Shown: piece after piece, positions 35,116-48,950 of the stretch
Numbering within the stretch: position 1 is the stretch's first letter
How the letters are laid out: each line of letters begins with the position of its first letter
Assembly (NCBI RefSeq): GCF_038025025.1
Contig: NW_027117338.1
Location: 2,418,001-2,482,000, forward strand
DNA: 64,000 bases
From: Phyllosticta citribraziliensis
Taxonomy: Eukaryota
Reading direction: 5' to 3'
Translations under genes and position numbers: made by a program
Notes under the pieces: model-generated
What the model was told of the DNA's origin: nothing
Database searches by the model: none
Seen by the model: the letters and a program-made list of their open reading frames with translations, nothing else

Positions 35116-38100
35116 ATGGACCAGGTAAGCTACCTCGCCTCTCGAGCTCCTGACGCGCTTCCTCAAGCTCCCTCCACCTCTCTCGTCCTTGCACCGTGCT
35201 GCCTTGTGCTCCACCATACCTATCCTCTTAGATCCACGCTCACAACCCCCACAGCTTGGCAGCGACATGCTCGTCGACCCCAGTTACGATGAAAAGCAGG
35301 ACGTGGCCATCATCTCCCCCGAAGACAACATGGAGGAGCCAGAGGCTGAGCCCAAGCCCCGCGCCGACGACTTCGACGCCATGAGAAAGCAGATGATGCC
35401 GGAGCTGCCGGACCTCGAAACAGAAGCCGAAGCTGTAGACACCTGGGAGATCAAGGAGTGGAGGAACATGTCGAGGCGGGAGCATGGCCCAGTCTTCAAG
35501 TGCGCCGACCATCCGTGGAGGGTACTCTTCTTCCCCTACGGCAACAACACGGACCACGCTTCATTCTACCTGGAGCAGGGCTTCGAGGACAAGCCGCCAG
35601 AGGAATGGTACGCTTGCGTTCAATTCATGCTGGTGCTCTGGAATCCAAACGACCCCACCATCTACGTCCAACACACCGCCAACCACAGATTCACCGCCGA
35701 AGAGGGAGACTGGGGATTCACACGGTTCGCCGAGCTTAGAAAACTCTTTCAGAACCCATGGGAGGGCTGCGATCGCCCGCTGGTAGAGAACAACTCGGCC
35801 AACATCACTGCCTACGTGCGCGTCATCAAAGACCCCACCGGCGTACTATGGCACAACTTCCTCAACTACGACTCAAAGAAGGAGACGGGCATGGTGGGAT
35901 TGAAGAACCAGGGTGCCACTTGCTACCTCAACTCGCTGCTGCAGTCGCTTTACTTCACCAACGCGTTCCGCCAGGCCGTATACCAGATCCCAACCGAGGA
36001 AGACCCCGACCGCACCACCAACAGCGCATACGCACTTCAGAGACTGTTTTACCAGCTGCAAACCAGCAATGTCGCCGTGTCGACAAACGAGCTCACCGCC
36101 TCTTTTGGCTGGGACACGAGGCAAATTTTCGAGCAGCAAGATGTGCAGGAACTGTCAAGAGTCCTGATGGAGCGTCTGGAAACGAAAATGAAGGGTACCG
36201 AGGCGGAGAACGCGCTGGCCAAGATGTTTGCTGGCAAGATGAAGACGTACATTTCCTGCATCAATGTCCCCTACGAATCATCGCGCATCGAGGACTTCTG
36301 GGACATCCAGCTCAACGTCAGCGGCAACAAGAATCTGGACGACAGTTTCAGGGACTACATCCAGGTCGAGACCATGGACGGTGACAACAAGTATTTTGCT
36401 GAAGGTTACGGACTCCAAGACGCGAAAAAGGGCGTCATCTTCGAGACTTTTCCCGACGTCCTTCACCTGCAACTGAAGCGCTTCGAATACGACTTTAACA
36501 GGGACGCTATGATGAAGGTGAATGACCGCTACGAGTTTCCTGAGACCTGGGATGCATCGCCGTACCTGTCGGAGACTGCGGATCGTTCTGAGCCGTTTGT
36601 CTACCGCTTGCACGGCATTCTCGTCCACAGCGGCGATTTGAACGCCGGCCACTACTATGCATTCATCAAGCCAACAAAAGACGGTCACTACTACAAATTC
36701 GACGATGATAGAGTCACTCGCGCCACCCAAAAGGAAGCGCTAGAGGAGAATTTTGGCGGCGAGTACACGAACCTGATGAACGGCAATGCACAGCGCAACC
36801 CTTACACCAGGACCTGGTCTACCAAGCGATCTATGAGCGCCTACATGTTGGTCTACATTCGCGAAAGTCGATTGGATCAAATCCTCCTCAGCGACGACGA
36901 AGTGCAGCCCCCTCAGCATCTTGGTAAGCAGTCTATCGAGGTCGGACATGCTCCAGGAGGCTAATGATTTTCTAGCTCAAAAGTTTGCAGAGGAGCGCGC
37001 TGCCATTGAGCGTAAGAAAAAGGAACGCGAGGAAATGCATCTCTACCTGCAGGTTTCGGTTGCCACCGAGAAGAACTTTACCTCGCACCAAGGCTTCGAT
37101 ATTGCGCCATGGACCAAGGACGCAGAAACGGACGCCGCGCCAAAGACTTACAAAACTCTCAAGACGACGACAATAGCCGAATTGACTGCGCAAATTGCTG
37201 AGGAGATGGATTGCGCTGGTCCCGAATTCCTTCGTCCGTGGGCAATGGTTAATCGCCAAAACGGAACCATTCGGCCAGATGGCCCAATCCACTTTCCTGA
37301 CATGAGTATTGAAGAAGCAGCTGGAAAATTTGGTTCCAAGTCTGGTGTCTTCAAGGTGTGGATTGAAAAGACGGAAGAGACGGACGAGGAAGAAAAGCCG
37401 GTATTCGGTGATGCTCTTGTCGACCTACACGGGATTGCCAACAACAAGCCTATCATGCTCTTCCTCAAGTACTTCGACCCTGAAAAGCAGACCCTATTCG
37501 GAATCGGCACCTTCTATGCGGCTTGTCACGATAAGGTCGTTGACCTCTGCCCTCATATCCTCAGGCTTCTCCGTTTGCCGGCAGGCACAAGCTTGAGGCT
37601 GTTTGAGGAAATCAAATCCAACATGATTGAGCAGATGAAGCCCAAGGTCACTCTCCTGTCGTCCGAGATCCAAGACGGTGACATCATCACGGTGCAGAAA
37701 TCCCAGTCTGAGAAGGAAATCGCGGCCCTCACTTCGGCTGGCCGCTACTCAGACGTGAGAGAGTTTTACGACTATCTCTTGAACAGAATCAATGTGCAGT
37801 TCTGCCCCAAGAACACCGTCCCGGCAAACCCGGAATCCACCTTCACCCTTTGGTTGAGCAAGAAGATGTCGTACGATCAGGTTGCGGCCAAGGTGGGCGA
37901 GCACCTGAACGTGGAGCCGACCCACGTGCGCTTCAGCACCGTCAACATGACAACAGGCAGACCCAAGGTTCCTGTCAAGCGGATGCAGAATGTGACGTTG
38001 AATAACATTCTCTACCCAACCTCCTACAATGCCTACGGCAACTTCAATCAGCGTCAGGATGCGCTTTATTACGAGATTCTGGAGTACAGTCTATCGGAAC

Positions 38101-38825
38101 TCGACCAGATGAAGGCAATCAAGCTTTCATGGCTTCCAGAGGGCATCGTCAAGGAGGAGCCCTACGAGATTCTGGTGGCAAAGAACGGCACCATGGAAGA
38201 CCTGATCAAGGGACTGCAAAAGAAGGCCGGTCTCGACGACGAGACGACTGCCAAGGTTCGCCTTTTCGAAGTTGCCAGTTGCCGCTTCAAGCAAGAAGTT
38301 CCCCGGGACAAGGGTGCTTTGAGCATACAAGAATTCACAACGCTGTATGCCGAGAAGCGCCCAGAGGAGGAGGAATCTCTCGACAAATCTGCTGGGGAGT
38401 CGCTTGTATCGTGTTACCACTTTGACAAGGAGCCGAACAAACCGCACGGAATTCCCTTTGTCTTTGTCGTCAAGCCCGTAAGTCGACTCATGAAGCTCTC
38501 GGTGACCAATATTGACTTTGTTGTAGAACGAGCCGTTCAAGGACACCAAGGAACGTCTGTCGAAACGGACTGCCATCAAGGGCAAGCAGTTCGAGAAGAT
38601 CAAGTTTGCCCTTGTAATTGCCGGATCAGGCTACCCCAAGGTTGAGCCGTTGGAGGATGGTCAGTCTGCCTCGATTCTATCATGAATGAAGCTAACTTTT
38701 GCCTAGATGATGTCCTAGCCGAAAAGCTCAGCACTCAACAAGAAGACGGTGTCTTGCTCGGCTTTGACCATGTCAACAAGGCTCGCAACGCCTGGGGTAA
38801 ATCAGATTCAATTTTCATCAAGTAA
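35116..38825 (+). CDS. UBP15: Ubiquitin carboxyl-terminal hydrolase, USP7/Ubp15 type (MATH + USP + UBL domains)
   Basis: MATH domain (WRVLFFPYGN, DWGFTRF), Cys box GLKNQGATCYLNSLLQ and His box HSGDLNAGHYY..FDD. Micro-exon MDQ. Introns 35125-35254, 36924-36975, 38478-38526 and 38660-38706. Confidence 0.96.
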
Positions 38826-39377
38826 TCACGGGAGAGGAGCACAGAGTTACCATTGCATCGATTGGATTCTCAAATGCTCATAAGCATAGGGTGCTAGAGG
38901 GGGTTGACAGGTAGCACTTGCAGAGCGGCGGATCAGCGCCAAAGCACCTAGCAATCGGAGGGAAGTGCGGTGTGCATAGACTGGGCGCCCAGTTTTCCTT
39001 TCAGCGTCTTCTGTGTATGGCCTCACACTGCAGGCATTGAAAGAGATCGAGAGTGCTTGATTGATTACACGAGTTCAGGCCAGGAAATGACGCGTGCCCT
39101 GCGGCGATGGAACCAAGGGTGTTTGGGGTGGCATGGTGCTTGGTTGGGGGAAGAGAGTTGGTCGAGTCGTGTTGATATACCATTCAATTCATGAGTTATT
39201 CCAAAGCTTGGCTTGTCCGTGTAGCGCTTGGAGATGCGCCGTCTGTGATGCAGGGCCGGCTGTCTCAGTGGTGCTGAGCATTATTGTCCGGAGATTATCC
39301 GACTGCGACGTTGCTGCTCCCGGTCTGTTGTCCAACCCCCGAAGCTCTGCTAGCTGCTTCGACCTCTTCGCACGCCC

Positions 39378-40264
39378 ATGATGCACGCCGCTCTGCTGCT
39401 TTCCAGCCTGGTGGCTTTCTTTGCCACGGCAGTCTCGTCGACTGCCCTCACGTACAAGCTTGCAGCCCACGAGAAATCATGCTTCTTTACCAGCGTCGAG
39501 CAGAGGGGACCGAAGGTCGCCTTCTACTTTGCTGTACGTCCGCTCACGCGACGACCTCCGCAAAAGGCCGATTTCTCTGGCTAGCGAGACTTTGGCGCTT
39601 ACATGCCTCTCCCAGGTTCAATCCGGCGGTAGCTTTGACATCGACTACGAGGTCGTCGGCCCCGGCGAGAAGGTCATAATGGATGGCACGAAGGAGCGGC
39701 AGGCCGACTTCGTCTTCACGGCCAACGACGTGGGCGAGTACCGCTTCTGCTTCAACAACGAAATGTCGACATTTGCCGAGAAGATTATCGACTTTGAGAT
39801 TGCGGTAAGCTGGACCCACGACCGTCTCGAGACACCGCGCTACGCGAACCCCTTACAATTACTCGGGACGCGCCGCGCAGCTGCTAACGAGAATTGTTGC
39901 CCCAGGTCGAGAACGAAGAGTCGCGCGCCAAGATCCCGTCGAAGCAGGGCACGCCGCCGGAACAGACGTCGGTGCTGGAGGAGTCCATCCTGAAGCTCTC
40001 GTCGCAGCTCTCGACCATCAACCGCAACCAAAAGTACTTCCGCACGCGCGAGAACCGCAACTTCAGCACCGTCCGCAGCACCGAGCGCCGCATCTTCAAC
40101 TTCAGCATCATCGAGGGCTGCATGATGATTACAATGGCTGGTCTGCAAGTATTCATCGTGAGGTTCTTCTTCCAGGGCGCCAGAAAAGGTGAGTGCCATG
40201 GCATCAGACGGGTCTGGGTGGCTGCTTGGGGACTCGGGGCTAACACCGCACAGGATATGTGTAA
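39378..40264 (+). CDS. p24/emp24 family GOLD-domain cargo receptor
   Basis: Signal peptide, FYFAVQSGGSFDIDY, YRFCFNNEMST, YFRTRENRNFSTV, a TM helix and tail FFQGARKGYV. Three introns. Confidence 0.93.
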
Positions 40265-41142
40265 ACGATACAATGATGGCCATTTGGCGGCGTTGGCGTG
40301 CGGAAGCGCTGGGATGGATTGTATTATATCCACATTGCAGGTTAATATCATTTTCGACGGCTGGGTTGGTCATTGGAATTGTTTACTGGGAGATGCCACC
40401 ACCGAGGGTTCAATCACATGTGCTTTGCGCCTAATAAGTGCAACCAATAAGCTTCGATGCTGTCGTCAAGAATTTCGTACTTGACACCGCATCAAATATG
40501 GATAAGCAACGAGAGAGTGAGAGTGACACAGGGAGATATGAATGTTTTGTGACGGAATTCATATGGGTCTTGGTAAGGCTTCAACATGGGGATCCGTTTA
40601 CATGAATTACGTGGGTGACAGACGATTCAATTGTAGGCACTCGACGATTCATACCTCATAGAGTGCGTATAGGAAGCGATCAGACCGTTTCCACTGTGAC
40701 CCAAGGAAGCATCCGATCACTCTACGACGTCCTTCTTGGCCTGCAGTAATGGGTGCCAAATTTTGTACCGACACTCTACTTTTTTGCACCACTGCTTGAC
40801 CAGACCCTGTGCTAAAAGGCACGTTTCTCATGGAATTCATTCAGGCGTGTAGAAACGCGCCGAAGACATCTTCCTATTTAAGGTAGCGGGGCAGTTTGCC
40901 GATGTAGATCGACTCGACCTTAACTCGACCTCGTCCCCAAACCAACACCACAACAAAGGTACCACGAATAGACTGGCAAACATCAGACAGCAGACTTACA
41001 GATACCCAAGTGCGCCACGACGTACGTTTTGAGACTTCAAAGACCTCTAATTGATCACCCAGCCCGGACGATACTCCGTTCCATCTCCAAGTCACGCCAA
41101 CAGCAACTCCCAGTAACCGCCATCCCATCTCTCAGCAACACC

Positions 41143-42446
41143 ATGTTCACCAACCTCTTTTCCAACATCCAAAACACGCTACAGCGCTTGAATCGGCAAG
41201 TGGAGCAAGCGCTGCAAGAAGCCCTCGATCAAGCGGCCGAAGCCAGGCAAGCCCAACAGCACCAGGAAGGCAGCAGCAGCAGCAGCAACTCTGCCCAACA
41301 ACGCGGCGCACCCTCATCGTCGCCATCGTTGACGCCGCGCGTCCGCGACGTCCACGCCGCCAAGCAGCTGCTCATGCGGCCGCCCTGCAACCTGCCGCTC
41401 GAGCTCGTCGTGCTCGTCCTCGACTACGCAGAGTACTGGCCGGTTCTGGCACGCGCGGGGCGCGCTGACCGCGTGCGGCTCGACGCGGGCTTTCTTCCCG
41501 GAAATTGCATTGCCGACTTGTACTTGGCTTCGCCTGCCCTTCCGCTGGCGGATGTTGACAGGGGCGAGAGGGCCAAGCCGCGGGAGGTCAGGGTTTGGGT
41601 CAAGAGCCGCGATCAAGGTTGGGTTAGCCAGGACAGGAGAGGCTTAGGTATGTTGTCTCCTATCTTTGGTTTCACTCGTTTGTTGTCCTCGTTGGCCAAA
41701 GTTTCAGTTATCTTCATTCATGAAATGACCCAGGTGTGGACGAAAGCTCCCCGGTTTCATCAACAGTCGTGAATGAATGCTCCCCAAACGCAGTCGCGGT
41801 ACCTGGTTGAATCGCTGTTTGCTCTTCGTTTCATTTTCTGAACTTGAGTCTATCTAACAACACACGTAACAAGACCCCTACGCACAATCCTACTCGTGGT
41901 TTGACGCCTGCATCTTCCGTCCAACCAGCCCCAGCATCTCATCATCAACATCGACAACGATCGCCTTGCCGCATCTCGACCGCGTTGCGAAGCCCGCTGA
42001 TGCCGTGGGAGCTCTTGCCGCTGCATCCATGTGCTTCGTCCCACGGACTGTGGTCAAGCAGCGTCAAAACGAGCAGACTGGCCTGCTGGAAGACGTGCAT
42101 GAGACCGAGGAAATCGGGTTGTGGCGGCTGCAGTGCAACCGCGTCGCGGAGCCACGGCCCTGGCAGCACCGCATTGTTTGGAGAGAAGGGGATGGAGGGG
42201 ATGCGCAGGGGTTTGTGGAGACGCTCAAGGAGGGCGATAGGGTTGGGGTGTGGGCGAGGGCCATGGTGAGTTGTCCTAGTTTCCTTTTGAGCCCCTGCCT
42301 CCACTTCTCGGCGAAGTTGGGCATTGAGTCTTGCTCGAAATTTGTCCGCGGGTCCAACTCGTTAGCTAACGCTTTTTGCATAGTTTCCCGGGTGGACAAA
42401 TCAGGTGGAAGCTATGGCGATCGAGGTGCGCGGCTCGGTCATTTAA
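41143..42446 (+). CDS. Conserved fungal uncharacterised protein with an F-box-like N-terminal motif
   Basis: LPLELVVLVLDYAEYW, SRDQGW, SYSWFDA, LQCN and GDRVGVWARAM|FPGWTNQV. Introns 41648-41873 and 42266-42383. Confidence 0.82.
41742..41816 (-). repeat. 33-bp-period array G, intronic
   Basis: gaaagctcccc at 41742, gaatgctcccc at 41775 and gaatcgct at 41809, inside intron 41648-41873. Confidence 0.75.
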
Positions 42447-42729
42447 AGCGTCATCCTGCGTTGAATATTCCTACGTGCTTTCTACATACTGTAAATCATC
42501 GCCAGACGTAATCAAAGGACGAGCGTAAGTGATCCAAAGCCACCAGACTCCCGCCCCGGACTCCCGCCACTCAAAGCACTGCAGCAGACTGGCTCACGTT
42601 CAAAAGCGGCGTCAAGAAAAGAAGAAAAGCGATGTTAAGACAGTGAAAGAATGGAAAGAAGAATCAAAAGATCCAAAGCCAGCCTGTCCGCCTGGAGGAA
42701 AAAGACGTCACAATGCAGCACGACAGTCT

Positions 42730-45064
42730 CTACATTCTTACAATAGCACCGCCACCAACATGCCTCCTTGCGTAAGCGGGCTCGGCATACGAAGGCTCCT
42801 CAGCAGCTGAGCTCGCAGGCTCCGACTCCGATACCGATTCGGCAGCGGGAGTCGTGGTAGCGGGAGCCGCAGCAGCAGGGGACTCAGCGACAGGCGCCGA
42901 AGCGATGTGAGACGCAACAGGCGTGGCCGCGGGCTCAGCGTACGAGTCGTATTCCTCGGAGGAATCCTCGCTGGAAAGAGGAGACGACACGACAGGCACC
43001 ACAGGGGCAGCGGAGTTCTTGGAGCCAGCGTTGTTGGCAACGGGAGACGGTACAATAGGGACCACAGGCGCAGCAGAGCTCTGGGAACCGGCGTAGCTGG
43101 CAATTGGAGAAACGACAGCCGGAGCCGCGGCGACAGCGGCGCTCAGGGGGTCCTTGCCGCCCTTGGTGTAGACGCTCAACGTGCCGTCACCACCGCACGT
43201 CTGGCCTGCGGCGCCGACGCATGGCATGCCGCACTTGGCGTCGTCGACCTTCTTGCTCTGGGACAGCGTGTTCGAACAGAAGCACTGCTGGCCGAATTCG
43301 ACGCCCGAGATGCTGAAGCCCTTCGACGCGCAGTGGTTGGCGCAGCCCGTCGCCGTCATCTTCTCGCCGAACCAGGCAAAGGTCTCGCCCGAGAGCGAAC
43401 GCGGGTTCACAGCGTCCGAGTAGCAACCTGTGGACGACCAGGAGGCCGGCAGCGTCAGCGAGGAAGCGCTGGGCATGGAGCCGTGGGAGTCTTGCGAGCC
43501 GCCGTTGGAGCCGGAAGACTTGGACGAGGAAGAGTCTGGCACTGCTTTGTTGCCGGAGGAGACGATGGCGGAGGGGTAGCTGGCAGCAGGCGAGACGTAT
43601 GAAGCCATGTCAGGGGAGATGGCAGGCTTTGCCGCGCTGCCGCCGCTCACAGCAGATGCAATGGGAACAGCAACGGATGGAAGGGCAGGAGAAGCGGGCT
43701 TGGCTGCGCTTCCACCAGCCGACCCACCAGTGGAACCACCAATCGTTCCACCGATGGCAGATGCCACGGGAGCGGCAGCAGATTGGATGCCAGAGTAGAC
43801 TGCCTTTCCTGCGCTGCCGCCAGTCGAACCGCCGCTGGGCGAAGCAACACCGGAGCTCTTGGACCCATAGACAGGAGTCGCCCCGCTAGCCACAGCAGAG
43901 GAGGCAGCAGAGGGAACAGCTTTGCCGTTGATGGTGGGGTTGATGTTGCAGTTGGCCACAGCCGTAGCTCTCTCCGGACCCTTTTGAACGGGATTGCAGC
44001 CGGGCAGCGCAGGCAACCAACCGTCGACCTTCTCGTCAACGATTGCCGTCTGGCTGCAAGCATTGCGCTCGGCATCGGTGTTGACCTCGAAGCAGTTGGA
44101 CAGGGGCTCGCCGCTCTCGCCAATGTTGCACGTCTTCATGGCGTTGCCGAGGACGCCCGGGGTCCAGCCGTTGAGGAAGTCGGCGTGGAAGCTGTAGCCT
44201 GTCGGGTCGCCGTTGGACAGAACCCAGGGGGTGTCGCCAGCGCCGTACTGGCCGTTGAAGGACGACACGTCGAACCAGAACTCGATGAAGATGTGCGGCA
44301 GCACGTGGGGGTGGGTCGAGGGACAGGCGCCGCTGTCGGAATAGTCGCCGACGGGGTACGACATGTGTGCCTGGGGCGCCGAGACGTTGAAGTCCTGCCC
44401 GTTCCAGCAGTAGGGGAAGTGGATGGAGCCGGCCAGGCCGTTGGCGCACGACGTGAAGCCCGAGGGGAACCCGCTCGACTTGCTGTCGGGCCCGTGGCAG
44501 AACCACTCGACGGCGCCTTGCATCTGCTTGGTCGACGCCGGCGAGCGCAGCATCGAGTCGCCTGCAATCATGCGGAAGTTGGGCGGGAACTCTTCAATCA
44601 GGTTGAAGTCCTGCTTGCCCGTCTTTGGGTCCGACGCGCGGTTGCTGTGGACCACCGTGTTAGCTACATCGTCGAGCAACAAACAGGGACAATGCTTACA
44701 AGTAGTACAGAACCCTGTGGTGCTCAGGGACGCGGATGAAGCTCTGGTTCTTGGGGTTCTGGAAGTACAGCGACGGCATCCAGTAGACGCTCTTGTCGGG
44801 CTTGACGTAGACCTGACTGCAGGACGCCTTTTGCGCGTCGGCGAAGCTGGTGTTTGCGCTGATGACGGGGGCGCCAATGAAGCTGTGGACGTGCGGGCTG
44901 AGCTGGCCCGGGTTCAGGATAGGATCCAGTCGCTGGACGTTGAGCGGCTGGTTGATCCACTCTTGCCGGAAGTAGTGGCCGTGGTAGTCCAGCTTGGTGT
45001 AGTCGACTTGGGCGCTGGCCGTGACCGACAGGGCCGCGAGGGCCGCAAGAGACTTGGTCAACAT
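42730..45064 (-). CDS. Secreted DUF1996 + WSC domain protein
   Basis: Signal peptide, RLDPILNPG..HVH, DKSVYWMP, FPPNFRMIAG, FPYCWNG and HADFLNGW (DUF1996). Ser/Ala/Pro linker, then WSC (GCYSD...C..C...GVEFGQQCFC...CGG). One short intron at about 44699-44645. Confidence 0.93.
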
Positions 45065-47076
45065 GATGATGGTGGATGTATCACTGTTCTCGCAACAGCG
45101 GATACAGTATCACGATTGAGAAAGAGCAGGAAGGGGTGATGAAGCAATGAAGCAGGACAGCAAAGGAGTGGTCGAGTCACAGACTCTAGTGGTGATGTGT
45201 ACAGAACGAGTGTTCTGGAGGCCTTCCTGGGCAACAACAGAAAAAAAGGAGTGAACGATTGGTCGACGCTTGACGGCAATGCGGAACAAGAAAGAGAAGG
45301 GAGACCGCGATGGCGGCTCGACGCAGATATAGAGAGCCGTCAGGAGAACGACGCTTTGTGGACCGTCAGGAGAGAGGGAGAGGGGGGGCACTGCAAGATT
45401 GGTGGTGTGGCCCCTACAGCCTCAGGACCCCTCCGCCCTCCGTCAGCGGTGCGGTGTGGCTTGAAGGAACAGAGGCTGAGAGACAGAGATGAAGGTGAGG
45501 GGCACCTTTTCTCTGAGAATTGTTCGCAGCCATTCTGCGCAGATTCTTGGGTGTGAGCAGACCTTAACTTAGATTCTCCGTCGTGTGCTTGATTTTTACA
45601 ACCCACGCGTAGACACTTCAATTCGAATCATGGCCAACAAGAGCATTTTTCACAACCCGCAGTCCATGCCAATGACAGCGATGCCACGGGCTCATGACGT
45701 GGGTAGCCGGCGCCAGAGACAGAGGCAGCCAGGGTGGTCACTGGCTGCTCTCGAGGATCCCCGCAATTTCAAAGAGACAGATCGGACAGACAGCGCGCGT
45801 GCAAAAAAGCACAAAAAAAGGCTTCGATGTCTGAATGTCACTGGTGGGGTGGTGCCGCTCGATGGCTGTGAGCTTGCTCCGTTCCCCCCTGATTAGCCTC
45901 GCGGCGCCACATGGCGTCGGCCTCTTTGACCAGTTTTATTCCAGGGTCAGTCGAGAACCAGACTTGAGATCATTTTCTCTTCCCTTTCGCTTTTCGAGGT
46001 TTTCTTACGATGATCAGAGGCGGTCTGGCGATTATTGTGATTCGGTCGTTGCCATCACGTCTTGCAGTCACGAAAGTGGGTATTGCTCGAGTCGACGGCC
46101 CCAAAGTCGCTCTACCGTCAAACATCACGGGCTTTCCGACGACACTGTGCAAGCGAGTGTGAAGAAGCCTCGCGAAAAGCGCTACGACGTGCAACAAGTG
46201 CCCATCCACCACCTAGCCAGCGATAGGGAGGCAGAAAGGAAATTAAGAAAACGCATCAGCCAACAGCGCGCGCGCGCGCACGACGGCGGCAGCGCCCGTC
46301 ATGGTCCGCCATGAAGAAATACCACTGGCCGGGGTGCGACAAACGACAGGGCTGAGCCAAGGCAGGGCGCCACAAGTGGGGAGGGAATGACTGGCTTCGA
46401 CGCGAGCGTTTTGAATGCACTGGTCTGCGAAGCAAGAGAGTGGTTGAAGTGGTGTAGAGCCGTAGTAAGCCGAGCGCGGATTGGATCGGACTGGCGAGAC
46501 TGGGTTCAGGGGAGCGCGAGGCGTAGGAGGCTAGCTGGAAAGCGGATGGGCGGCCATGGCGATGGAGTAGAGCACAGACGGGTGACTGGCTGGCTTCTAG
46601 AGATGGATGGGCTGGACTGGATCGGACTAGACGTTATCGGTCAGCATCACGTGGGAGGTGTTATTCTATCCTGACGACTTGACTTCTTCTCGCTCAGACT
46701 GGGAGCGTTCGATTGGACGAGATCGACGTCCAGTTTATTACCGGGCTAATGCGTACAACGGCTGCGCGCTTCACTGCACTCCTACATCATCCTCGTGGTT
46801 GGTCGGACGAGATGTGCGAGCAGGATTTCGCCTTTCCTTGTCTCTCGCAAACAGGCTTTTCGCCGCAGGAGCAAGTAGTTGCACGTGGTATGTGTGCGTT
46901 AGCGAGGACATAGTGTGCATTCGTGGCCTGCATGTACTCCAATCGTCGCAATCATTCATCTACGAGTGCCAATTCGTCTATGCGTCGTATCGTTATCCTC
47001 TATGTGCACTCAGTGTGCAAAGGTATCAAATAAAAATGAGAAATCCGAGCTCGTCTCTTGTGCATATATGGGCCGC

Positions 47077-48950
47077 TCAAACCTGATCGATCTTCTCGGT
47101 ATGGTCCTTCTCCATGAGCGTGCGTCGATGGGCCTCGACAGCCGCCACGACGTCGCCCGTCTTGATGCTGCTCTGGCGCCGGACCTCTGCTTGCTCGCGC
47201 TCGACGTACTCGAAAGGACGCTTGGACGAAATGGCCTCGGGGTACTTGTAGACGAAGATGTCGTGGTTGTCGATGAAGTAACGGTCCAAGTCTTCTAGTG
47301 ATCGGTCGGCCGTCTCGGGGTAGAAGAGATAAACGATCGGCACGAAAGCTGCATTGAAGACGGTCCAAATAATGTAGAATTTCCAGCCAAGCGATGAGAT
47401 ACCAGGTGGAGTGATCTCGACGACTGCATCGTGTCAGTATCTGAATTTGAAAGGCGTGGTGAAGTTTGAGCTTACCCATGAAGTTGACTATCCAGTTCGT
47501 AGCAGTGCCGAGCGCAGCACCCTTGGTGCGCATGCTCATGCTGTTGATTTCCGCCGGGTATAGCCTGAGTCCTGGTTAGCCGCGTCCTGGTGCAACTCCA
47601 CTCCCAAAGTCATGGGGTTCAAGACTTACCAAGGCACACCCTGCCACCCAATGCCGAAAAAGACATAGTACAGGAAGAAGAATGCAATAGACGCCGAAGC
47701 CCACTGCTTGTGTGCTGCAATCTCTGGTTCCGCGTAGCGAAGACAAATGGTGATGAACATCCAGCAGAGACACTGTCCGGTAGCCGCGTACATCATCATC
47801 TTTCGTCTTCCCCATCTCTCGACATTTGGAATGCCAATCAGACTGAACAAGAGGTAGCTGACCGAGTTACAAGCCGCGAGTAGACGAGATGTCGAGTTGG
47901 ACAGGCCGACCGAATTGATCAAGACGTATGGGAGGTAGTAACTCGTGACGTTAATTCCGGCGAATTGCTGCATTGCTTGCGAGCCCATGCCAAGAACAAG
48001 ACGACGGATAGTGCAGGTTCCACCCTGGTTGCCAGTGCGTCCACGGATCAAGTCTCGCCAGCGAATGGCATTCTCGCGTTCGTACTCAACGGCCCATTGG
48101 ATGTCGTTGGAGCTTGCCTGGATGTATGGAGAATCAATCTCCATGTCCTCCAAGTCGGCGAGGATTTGGTTGGCTTGTTTGATGTCTCCACGAGCCATGA
48201 GCCATCTGAAAAATGTCAGCATTGACCTGTAGTCTCAAGAAAGGAAAGGCTGACCTTGGGGACTCTGGAAGCCATGGCACTGTCGCGTAGAGGATGAAGA
48301 TGAAGAGAAACTGGAGCGCAATGGGAAATCTCCAAGAAACTCCGCCGCCAGCAAACGACATGCCATAGGTAACCCAGTTTGATAATGAGAAGCCGGCAAT
48401 GTTCAAAATCATCTCAATGATGACGAGCTTGCCACGCCAGCTGACCTTGGAAGTCTCACCCTGCCAGATTGGTGCCGTGGCTGTGTTGATGCCGTTGCCA
48501 ATCCCACCGACAATCCTAGGAATTGTTAGGCCCATTCAATCAAGACCGAGTCATAAACGTACCGACCGACGATCATCTCAGGTACCCCGAATGAAGCTGC
48601 TTGCAGAATGGCCCCAACTGCCATGATACTAGTGCCAAGCAAGATCGACTTCTTTCTTCCAAGTCTGTCGCCGATGATGAAAGCGAGAATGGCCCCGAAA
48701 AAGCACCCAATGTCGTAGATGGCCGTGACCGTACTGATCATGGTGGTTTTGCCATCCAGTTTGAGTGTGTCCAGAAAATCCTGGGTCACAACGACTCCAC
48801 CAAAGACACCTTGGTCGTAACCTGCAAACCGTTAGAAATTGGACAAGAAACGAGCAGTCGGAGCATACCAAAGAGGGTCATATCCGTTGCACATGCAACG
48901 GTCACCCAGAATGTTAACCATCCGCCCTTTAGACCAAAGTAAGGAGCCAT
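47077..48950 (-). CDS. MFS sugar porter (STL1-like polyol/sugar:H+ symporter)
   Basis: MAPYFGLKG..., FGYDQG, DRLGRKK, PESPRWL, MQQFAGIN, WGRRK and PETADRSLED. Several short introns. Confidence 0.94.

Noticed and set aside
42907..45139. Long antisense ORFs over GC-rich genes (also 19485-20411 and 56919-57860)
   Set aside because: Shadow frames caused by strong GC3 bias of the real genes on the opposite strand.
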